NCBI GenBank assembly: GCA_019112785.1
Contig: DXIQ01000017.1
Span: 5,360-69,359 of the forward strand
Reading direction: 5' to 3'
DNA length: 64,000 nucleotides
Source of the DNA: Candidatus Blautia stercorigallinarum
Lineage (GTDB): Bacteria > Bacillota > Clostridia > Lachnospirales > Lachnospiraceae
Under the pieces are notes generated by a model. It was not told the DNA's origin. It worked only from the letters and a program-made list of their open reading frames with translations, and did no database searches. How positions within the stretch are numbered: the stretch's first letter is position 1; each line of letters starts with the position of its first letter. A program made the position numbers and the translations under genes. This document shows positions 27,271 through 34,741 of the stretch, piece by piece.

Positions 27271-28002
27271 TTATATCTGTCTGTACAACTCGCAGACTTC
27301 TTTTACAGGGCCATCCATCCGAATATGTCCCTTTTCAATCCATACTGCTCTTGTACAGAGACTTTCTACCTGTTCGATACTGTGAGATACAAATAATATA
27401 GATGTATCTTTTGTCATCATATGTTTTATGCGCTGTTCACATTTCTGCTGGAATTTGAAATCACCTACAGACAAAACTTCATCTACGATCAAAATATCCG
27501 GTGTTCCGATAGTGGCAATAGCGAAAGCCAGACGTGCCAGCATACCAGAAGAAAAGTTTTTAAGAGGCACATCCATAAAATCATGAAGTTCTGAAAAATC
27601 CACTATATCCTGATAATGGGTTTCCATCTCTTCATGAGAATATCCCAGAATGGCGCCATTTAAATAAACATTTTCTTTCGCAGTCAGGTCAATATCAAAC
27701 CCTGCCCCTAATTCAATAAGAGGGGCAATGGTTCCCCAGGTTTTTACATAACCCTTCGTAGGCTTTAAAACTCCTGCAACTGTTTTCAGCAATGTACTCT
27801 TTCCACAGCCGTTAAGTCCGATAAGAGCCACCGCTTCTCCCTTTTCTACCGTCAGATTAATATCCTGAAGGGCCCAAAACTCATCATAAGAAATTTTGTT
27901 CTTAATCCTTTTAATGATATATTCTTTTAAACTGTCAATTTTTTCCCTGGACAGATTAAATTTCATGGATACATCATGTACTTCAATAACAATATCCGCC
28001 AT
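27271..28002 (-). CDS. ABC transporter ATP-binding protein, glycopolymer export type (Wzt/TagH/RfbB-like) without a C-terminal carbohydrate-binding extension
   Basis: 243 aa. Walker A GLNGCGKST, signature FSSGM, Walker B ILIVDE. Confidence 0.9.
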   Translation of the reverse strand: MADIVIEVHDVSMKFNLSREKIDSLKEYIIKRIKNKISYDEFWALQDINLTVEKGEAVALIGLNGCGKSTLLKTVAGVLKPTKGYVKTWGTIAPLIELGAGFDIDLTAKENVYLNGAILGYSHEEMETHYQDIVDFSELHDFMDVPLKNFSSGMLARLAFAIATIGTPDILIVDEVLSVGDFKFQQKCEQRIKHMMTKDTSILFVSHSIEQVESLCTRAVWIEKGHIRMDGPVKEVCELYRQI

Positions 28003-28012
28003 ATTTCTACTC

Positions 28013-28789
28013 CTAAAGATTTAATATAAAATTATCCTGGTTCTTATAAAATACATATAAGCCAATCACTAATGCGATAACCGCCATAACCAGAGAATAA
28101 ATCACTGATCCGGCACTTGGAAGCTGCCCGTATATTACAACTTCTCTGAATACATTCAGAATCTGTGTAATAGGATTTAACCTTACCAGGAAATTGATCT
28201 TTCCAGGCAGAATAGACATGGGATAAATAATCGGAGCCAAATAGTTCAGCGCCACGAGCAAAACCCCGTAAAGATGTATCATATCCCGGAATTTTACGGC
28301 AACAGCAGCAAGTATCAAACCTATCCCCGTTGCAAACACTGCCAGTAAAAAAATAGGGATAACTGCCAGTATCACTGTATAATATAACTGTGCATCCGTA
28401 AAGATCATCACTATGATCAACGCGCAAAAAGAAGCCATCAGATTAATAAAACTGGACAGGATCCTGGAAAACGCAAAGAGATATTTAGGAATGTAAACTT
28501 TTTTTATCAAAGATGCATTATCGATCACTGCCGACATAGAACGAGAAGTACCCTCTGAAAAGAAATTATAGATCAACTGTCCGCTTAAAATATATAAAGG
28601 ATAGTTTTCAATCTGAAAACGAAACAGATTTGAAAACACAATTGAAAGGATAATCATCATCAGCAGCGGATTCAAAAGTGTCCATAGCACTCCCAACACA
28701 GACCGACGGTATTTTGTTTTTATATCCCTGGTCACCAGCTCTTTCAAAAGAGGCCTGAATTTTACAAAATTTTGTATATACTGAGTCAC
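28013..28789 (-). CDS. ABC-2 type transporter permease (Wzm/TagG/RfbA-like)
   Basis: 258 aa, six predicted TM helices. N-terminal KELVTRDIKTKYRRSVLGVLWTLLNP is typical of ABC-2 polysaccharide exporters. GTG start preceded by GGGAG. Confidence 0.9.
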   Translation of the reverse strand: MTQYIQNFVKFRPLLKELVTRDIKTKYRRSVLGVLWTLLNPLLMMIILSIVFSNLFRFQIENYPLYILSGQLIYNFFSEGTSRSMSAVIDNASLIKKVYIPKYLFAFSRILSSFINLMASFCALIIVMIFTDAQLYYTVILAVIPIFLLAVFATGIGLILAAVAVKFRDMIHLYGVLLVALNYLAPIIYPMSILPGKINFLVRLNPITQILNVFREVVIYGQLPSAGSVIYSLVMAVIALVIGLYVFYKNQDNFILNL

Positions 28790-28854
28790 AAAAAATCTCC
28801 CTTCTTCACTGTTTATAAATTGCTGTTCTTTATAATAGCACTAATTTTTTTATT

Positions 28855-29160
28855 TTACAACATTTCCAGCAGCCGTTCTGCCAGAAAAACTCCCCCGCAG
28901 GCAAACCCGGCCACAACGATCAGGCTTTTCTTCCTGAGGGCAAGGAGTACTGCGATCACAAGTCCCACCATACCTGAGACAGGGGACTGCGTGGCATAGA
29001 GAATTGCCGGAAATGTCATGGCAGTCAGACAGGCATATGGAATATAGTATAAAAATGAGCGGAAATAAACATTGGTGATCTTCTTCTGTATCAAAGTCAA
29101 AGGCAGCATACGGATCAGATAAGTAACTCCTGCCATAACAAAAATATATGCATATATCAT
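28855..29160 (-). CDS. azlD: AzlD family branched-chain amino acid transport protein
   Basis: 101-aa hydrophobic protein that overlaps the AzlC-like gene by 4 nt. Confidence 0.75.
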   Translation of the reverse strand: MIYAYIFVMAGVTYLIRMLPLTLIQKKITNVYFRSFLYYIPYACLTAMTFPAILYATQSPVSGMVGLVIAVLLALRKKSLIVVAGFACGGVFLAERLLEML

Positions 29161-29861
29161 ACTGTTTCCTCCTTAACAGGGAATAAAACCGCTCCGATCC
29201 CGGCAGCCGCAACTGTACAGATAATGATAGTAAATCCGGAAGAGATTTCCTGAAGCACGGGAAGGTAATAAAATGCGGTGCTGAATACAAGTGCAGCTCC
29301 AACCACTATAAGAACTTCCCGGCTCTCTTTTGCCACCGGGACCACAATTGCAATAAACATCCCGTACAGCGCCACTCCAAGAGCACTGATCACTGCTGCC
29401 GGAAGAAGAGTACTTGCTACAGCGCCTGTCAAGGTTCCTCCTACCCATCCCAGCACCGGCAGAAAGATCAGGCCATACATATACCTGCTTCCCACACTGC
29501 CCGGTTTGGAACTGGCCACTGCAAATATCTCATCTGTATTTCCATAGGCGATCAGCATACGCTGGAAAATTTTTACAGAAGAATCCAGTTTCTGTGAAAG
29601 GGAAACTGACATTAATGCATATCGTATATTGATCACCAATTGGGTCAATGCCATCTCCAGCAGGGAAGCTCCTGAAACAATTACTGTCAGCCCTGCAAAC
29701 TGTCCTGCTGATGTAAGATTCAACAGAGAGATCAAAACTGCGTGAAAAGGAGACATACCATCCTGTACTGCCAGCATGCCAAAAGTAAAGCTTACAGAAA
29801 AATAACCTGCAGCAATGGGGATACCGTCACGCAGCCCTGCCTTTATCTTATTATGTACCAT
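29157..29861 (-). CDS. azlC: AzlC family branched-chain amino acid permease component
   Basis: 234-aa polytopic protein (GIPIAAGYFSVSFTFG...SAGQFAG), the AzlC pattern. Confidence 0.8.
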   Translation of the reverse strand: MVHNKIKAGLRDGIPIAAGYFSVSFTFGMLAVQDGMSPFHAVLISLLNLTSAGQFAGLTVIVSGASLLEMALTQLVINIRYALMSVSLSQKLDSSVKIFQRMLIAYGNTDEIFAVASSKPGSVGSRYMYGLIFLPVLGWVGGTLTGAVASTLLPAAVISALGVALYGMFIAIVVPVAKESREVLIVVGAALVFSTAFYYLPVLQEISSGFTIIICTVAAAGIGAVLFPVKEETV

Positions 29862-29887
29862 AATATATTTTTTACCTCCAATGTCAT

Positions 29888-29943
29888 GAGAAAGGCTGCC
29901 GCATTAAACAACCGCTCTTACTTGCTGTTTAATACGGCAGCCT
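29888..29943 (-). terminator. long hairpin terminator after ptsH
   Basis: aggctgccgcattaaaca (29893-29910) pairs with tgtttaatacggcagcct (29926-29943), 18 bp with 1 mismatch. On the minus strand it is followed by TTTCT. Confidence 0.6.
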
Positions 29944-29948
29944 GTATC

Positions 29949-30212
29949 CTATTCTCCTAAACCGCTTTCTATAGCTGTAACCAGGGTTTTCAATGCTGTT
30001 TCCTCATCCTCGCCCTCGCATACCAGCTCAATCTCATCTCCACACTTTACGCAGGCTCCCAGAACACTTAACACGCTTTTAGCATTTGCGGAACCATCTG
30101 CAAAGCGGAAAGTGATCAGAGACTTGAATTTCATCGCTTCCTTACAGAGTATGCCTGCCGGTCTTAAATGCAGCCCGGTGGGATTTTTGATAGTCACTTT
30201 TTGACTGACCAT
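29949..30212 (-). CDS. ptsH: phosphocarrier protein HPr
   Basis: 87 aa. Active-site His in GLHLRPA and the regulatory Ser in NAKSVLSVL. Confidence 0.85.
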   Translation of the reverse strand: MVSQKVTIKNPTGLHLRPAGILCKEAMKFKSLITFRFADGSANAKSVLSVLGACVKCGDEIELVCEGEDEETALKTLVTAIESGLGE

Positions 30213-30237
30213 TCTCTCACTTCCTATCCTTCTCCTA

Positions 30238-31533
30238 TTATTCTGTCTGTTTTTCTGCCAGCGGAGTTAAGGTGACTCTTACGGTAACCTTCTCTACCAG
30301 TTCATATCCCTCGGGAAGTGTTACATCTACCGGAACATTATATTCTCCTTCCGATGTATACTTTGAGGTATCTATGGACAGCTTTATATCGCTTGCTTTT
30401 AATGCATCCAGATCTTCTTCCGATCCTTTTACACGAACTGTCACACTGTCATCTGTGATCACAGCTGTCATATTTGCCGGCTGTTTGCTTCTGTCAATGC
30501 TGGTGGCCGGTATGACATATTCTCTGCTGTCATATGGCAGGATGGCCACGGAAACAATCACTGAACTGCTGATATCCCGGGCCAGCATCGTGCCCTCCGG
30601 AAGCAGCTCTTCAATATCGACAGTCTGTTCGAAATCTGCATCCTTTCCTGAAACATCTATCTCTGAAGCAGGTATCTCAATAGTATTTCCGGCTGCAGAC
30701 AGTTCTTTCAGGGCATCGTCCGTCCCTGCAATACTGATCGTATTGGGAACTGTGCTGACGGCGGATACCTGATATCCTGCCGCAGGAGTTCCGGTGTACT
30801 CAGCCTTAATGGCAATATCTGGCTGAACTTTCCACAGATCCACATAAACCTCTACCTGATTGTTCTGAATGTCCTGAAGATTCAGATAAGACATCTGGGT
30901 GCTTGACAGTTCATCTCCATTTTTATCATATATATGCAGAGAACCGGATACATTGTCGCTTTGGCTCATTCCGCTTACATCTATATCGGCTACTACCCGA
31001 TCCAGTTTATTGATCAGATCCTCTGGTCCGGAAATCGTAACTTTTTCAGGATTTACTGTAAGTTTTCCCACCTCATATCCTGCTTCAGGAGTTGTCCCTC
31101 CAACGGAAGCAGAAATAGTCATAGCCTGACTGGTGAGCTCATCTGTTTCTATAGGTATATTAGCCGGAGTTACTGTAATATCCTCATCCGAAACACCCGG
31201 GCAAACTACCCGGACCGGCACCATATAAGGGGTAGTGTCCATGGATATGATCTGGGTCATATCCGCTTCAGCTTTGATACTGTCTCTGTCAATGGATCTT
31301 AAGGTGCTGCTTGTCGCACGGACCCTGACTGTCACAGTATCACTTCCATCTACCAGAAGGGGAATCTGCAGATTACTGGTAAGGTAGGACTCGTTTACAA
31401 TGGTAACAGGTACATCCCAGTAAGTTTCCGATCTTACGGGATCCTCAATATTCACCACTAAAAGCCAGACCAAAATAGCGACTGCCAGAGAAAGGATCTT
31501 CAGTGTAAATTTATTCATCAGATTTTTTTTCAT
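30238..31533 (-). CDS. cdaR: YbbR-domain protein CdaR (regulator of diadenylate cyclase CdaA)
   Basis: 431 aa with an N-terminal TM helix and repeated YbbR-like beta domains. It overlaps the cdaA 3' end. Confidence 0.85.
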   Translation of the reverse strand: MKKNLMNKFTLKILSLAVAILVWLLVVNIEDPVRSETYWDVPVTIVNESYLTSNLQIPLLVDGSDTVTVRVRATSSTLRSIDRDSIKAEADMTQIISMDTTPYMVPVRVVCPGVSDEDITVTPANIPIETDELTSQAMTISASVGGTTPEAGYEVGKLTVNPEKVTISGPEDLINKLDRVVADIDVSGMSQSDNVSGSLHIYDKNGDELSSTQMSYLNLQDIQNNQVEVYVDLWKVQPDIAIKAEYTGTPAAGYQVSAVSTVPNTISIAGTDDALKELSAAGNTIEIPASEIDVSGKDADFEQTVDIEELLPEGTMLARDISSSVIVSVAILPYDSREYVIPATSIDRSKQPANMTAVITDDSVTVRVKGSEEDLDALKASDIKLSIDTSKYTSEGEYNVPVDVTLPEGYELVEKVTVRVTLTPLAEKQTE

Positions 31534-32401
31534 TCTTCACCAATCCCTTCCACAGTCTGTGCTTTACATTTTCCTGTTTTACCTTATTCTGTTCGTGTTC
31601 CAGTATCTGTCTCAATTCCTCCTTATTCAGACCCACATGGATCTCTCCGTTCTTCGTTACAGAAACCCGGCCGGTTTCTTCTGAAACGATAACAGTCAGT
31701 GCATCGCTTACCTCGCTGATCCCTACACCGGCCCTGTGTCTTGTTCCCAGATTCTTGTTCAGATCCAGATTATCAGACAAAGGAAGGTAACAGGTAGCTG
31801 CCACGATCCTGTCGCCCCTTATGATCACAGCACCGTCATGAAGCGGCGTATTATGTTCAAAAATATTTATGAGCAGCTGACTGCTCACCAGGGAATCCAG
31901 TGCAATACCAGTCCGGATATATTCGTTCAGTACCGTTTCCTCTTCAATAACGATCAAAGCCCCTGTCTTCACTGCGCCCATTTCAAAACTGGCTCTGACG
32001 ATCTCATTGGCCGTCCTGTCGCTGAAGCGCCCCTCAGATTCTTTTTTACTGGCGTCAAAAGGAATCAGATTACTGACGATTTTTTTGTGTCCCAGCTCCT
32101 CCAGAGCCTTGCGCAGCTCAGGCTGAAAGATGACCAGGATCGCAGTGATCGCATATCCGCCCATATTTGTGACCAGCCAGAGTATTGTATTCATTTCGAA
32201 AATATAGGCAATGACTACAAAAACTAAAACTGTGAGAATTCCTTTTAGCAAAGAATATGCCCTTGTATTTCTGATCCAGAGCATAAACTGATATACAAAA
32301 AATGCTATCAAAAGGATTTCTACAATATCATTCCACTGTATGCTGTTGGGCAATGTCCATTGTCCTAAATAATCATGAAGATTTTTTAAAAAACTGCCCA
32401 C
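31511..32401 (-). CDS. cdaA: membrane-bound diadenylate cyclase CdaA
   Basis: Three N-terminal TM helices plus a DAC domain (DGAVIIRGDRIVAATCYLPLS, GTRHRAG). GTG start after GGGGGAGG. Confidence 0.92.
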   Translation of the reverse strand: MGSFLKNLHDYLGQWTLPNSIQWNDIVEILLIAFFVYQFMLWIRNTRAYSLLKGILTVLVFVVIAYIFEMNTILWLVTNMGGYAITAILVIFQPELRKALEELGHKKIVSNLIPFDASKKESEGRFSDRTANEIVRASFEMGAVKTGALIVIEEETVLNEYIRTGIALDSLVSSQLLINIFEHNTPLHDGAVIIRGDRIVAATCYLPLSDNLDLNKNLGTRHRAGVGISEVSDALTVIVSEETGRVSVTKNGEIHVGLNKEELRQILEHEQNKVKQENVKHRLWKGLVKNEKKSDE

Positions 32402-32480
32402 AACTCTTCCTCCCCCTTTCCTGTCGGAATGATCTCTGTCATCTGAAAATTCCGGCAGACTGTAATTTAAAACTTATCCC

Positions 32481-33512
32481 CTATAAATCTTTCAAAGACT
32501 CTTCCAGCTGTTTTTCAAAATCAAAGGTCTCTTCCCTTACTCTTTCCACAGGTGCAGCTTCTTCATCTTCTTTTTCCGATGATTCCACTGGTTCTGAAGA
32601 AATATTTTTAATCTTTTTTTCTGACTGAGCTACAAAAGATTTTGGAACAGCCTTCACATAATAAACGTATTCATCATCCTCAAACTGTGTGGTCTCACTT
32701 CTGGAATAATCAATACCCAGTGCTGCAAACTCGATCAATAATCCCACAACTGCCGCAAGAACACCTGACAGGATCACGCTGCCAATGTTGATATTTACAT
32801 TTAAAAACATACCGCCCAGAATCATGATCAGAATATAAATAATAGCCCCTGCCGCATCGCCAATTCTCCAGGAATAGTCGGCAGAAGTTCTGGAAATCAG
32901 ATATACCACCATAAGGACTACTACAAAGGCTAAAATATTCAGCCACATTTCCTGATTATTGATCAGGGCATCCAACAGGATCTGAAGCTTTTGTACAGAT
33001 TCCGTCTCTTTTCCCTGAAGGACTGTACTTCTGTCACTGACAACCTCCATAAAGTAATATAAGATCACACCACAGCAGGCAGGTACTGCACAAGAAGGGC
33101 CTCTCAGCAGGCCGGCGCCCACCGGAACCGCCGCCGGCATATGAAGAGAAAAAGCTGCCGGAGTTAAGATCAGTGCCAGATTATCCCGGGAAGTAAACCG
33201 CAGGAACAGGATCATCAGTAATAGCAGAAGAAGGACTGAAAATGCAGCTACTTCCACCCCCACTCCATAGCAGTGGGCTACGATCATGATACATCCTAAT
33301 ACTGCCATCCCGTTGAGAGGCAGCACTGCGCATATAATAGATAAGATCAAAACTATAAATATATTATCCAGAGCTTCTAGAAATCCCAAAGTAGAATTGA
33401 TACTCTGGAACACAAGGAAAGCAAGAAGAAACTTCAGCAGAGGAAGAAGCCATGTATCATGCTCTCCATAAAAATTTTTAATTTTTTGTTTCATCTCCAA
33501 TAAAGTTGTCAC
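32481..33512 (-). CDS. hypothetical polytopic membrane protein with an acidic C-terminal tail
   Basis: 343 aa, about 8 hydrophobic helices. GTG start 9 nt after GGGAGGAG. No family recognised. Confidence 0.6.
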   Translation of the reverse strand: MTTLLEMKQKIKNFYGEHDTWLLPLLKFLLAFLVFQSINSTLGFLEALDNIFIVLILSIICAVLPLNGMAVLGCIMIVAHCYGVGVEVAAFSVLLLLLLMILFLRFTSRDNLALILTPAAFSLHMPAAVPVGAGLLRGPSCAVPACCGVILYYFMEVVSDRSTVLQGKETESVQKLQILLDALINNQEMWLNILAFVVVLMVVYLISRTSADYSWRIGDAAGAIIYILIMILGGMFLNVNINIGSVILSGVLAAVVGLLIEFAALGIDYSRSETTQFEDDEYVYYVKAVPKSFVAQSEKKIKNISSEPVESSEKEDEEAAPVERVREETFDFEKQLEESLKDL

Positions 33513-33514
33513 GG

Positions 33515-33940
33515 TCAGCTTCTCCTCCCTGTAATTCTTCCGTTTCTTCTGTCTTCTCTGTCGTAGATCTTCTTCATCTGCCCCAGGCCTTTATAATATT
33601 CCTGTATTCCCTTCTGGGCTTTTGCATATTTTACCGTACAGTATATATATGTAAGCACACTATATACTACCAGCAGGACGATATAGCCGCCAAAAACCGC
33701 CACTACCAGCAGGGGAAGATTCATCCGGTGCAGGTTATTCATCAGATAGTCGCTTCTATAACCGGCCCAGCCTAAAAGAAGGAGTCCATAGGCAATGGTC
33801 GTAAGAAAAAAATTCTTAATCAGAGCCAGACCGATATAATCACTTCTATAATAATTGCTGATAGCCAGATGCTGTTTACCCTCTCCTGATTCGTACACAG
33901 CCAGTTTGTGCATTTTTTTGATCTTCTGGACGTCAAGCAT
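33515..33940 (-). CDS. hypothetical small membrane protein (two or three TM helices, basic C-terminus)
   Basis: 141 aa with AGAGGA upstream. Its stop lies 2 nt before the next gene's start codon. Confidence 0.55.
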   Translation of the reverse strand: MLDVQKIKKMHKLAVYESGEGKQHLAISNYYRSDYIGLALIKNFFLTTIAYGLLLLGWAGYRSDYLMNNLHRMNLPLLVVAVFGGYIVLLVVYSVLTYIYCTVKYAKAQKGIQEYYKGLGQMKKIYDREDRRNGRITGRRS

Positions 33941-34018
33941 AAGGTTTCCTCTTTTCTGTTTTTTCTATACTCATACATACTGCATTATAACATAGTCTGA
34001 GGAAGTGAATCAAGACCT

Positions 34019-34741
34019 TTAGGTCTCTGAGCCGATAGCGATCACAAGAAAATATACCTTTTCCGCTCCGGCTTTTTTCAGCGTTCCTGCAGCCTCGTCT
34101 ATAGTAGTACCTGTCGTGTAGATGTCATCTATAAGAAGGATATTTTTTCCTCTTAGGTCTCCGCCTGCAGTAAAAGCTCCTTTGATATTTTTCTGTCTTT
34201 CTCCTGGAGTCAGGTCCTTCTGAGGTTTTGTATTAATTTTTCGCCTCAGTGATTTTTTCTCCACCGGAAGGACCACTCTCTTTCCCAATGCTTCCGCAAT
34301 GATATCCGCCTGATTATATCCTCTTTTTTCCAGTCGCTTTCTGTGAAGGGGAATAGGGATAATACAGTCTATTTTCCATCGGCGGATCTGATCTGCCGCA
34401 TAAACTGCCGCCAGTTCTCCGTAAAACACGCCGTATTCCTGCCGTTTTCCATATTTTAACTTAAAGAGGGATTCCTGAAGAAGTGTACTGTAGGGGAAAA
34501 TTCCGAGCCCCTGTTCAAACAGATGTGTCCGGCGGCTGCAGTCTGAACAATACTCCTGTTCTGTGTCTTTCAAAGGCTTTGAACACTTAAAACACCTGGG
34601 GCCTGTTACAGGTCTCAGCCGTTCCCGGCAGCCGCTGCAGATTTTCTGTGTCCCCGGCACAGGTATATCATGGCATACCGGACAGTGCCTGGGATACAGA
34701 ATATCCAGAAATGTATTCTTTATCTTTTCTTTTTTTATCAC
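34019..34741 (-). CDS. comFC: ComF family protein (ComFC, phosphoribosyltransferase-like)
   Basis: N-terminal double CxxC zinc finger (CPVCH...CSGC, CFKC...CSDC) and a C-terminal PRTase motif ILLIDDIYTTGTT. 4-nt overlap with recD2. Confidence 0.85.
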   Translation of the reverse strand: MIKKEKIKNTFLDILYPRHCPVCHDIPVPGTQKICSGCRERLRPVTGPRCFKCSKPLKDTEQEYCSDCSRRTHLFEQGLGIFPYSTLLQESLFKLKYGKRQEYGVFYGELAAVYAADQIRRWKIDCIIPIPLHRKRLEKRGYNQADIIAEALGKRVVLPVEKKSLRRKINTKPQKDLTPGERQKNIKGAFTAGGDLRGKNILLIDDIYTTGTTIDEAAGTLKKAGAEKVYFLVIAIGSET

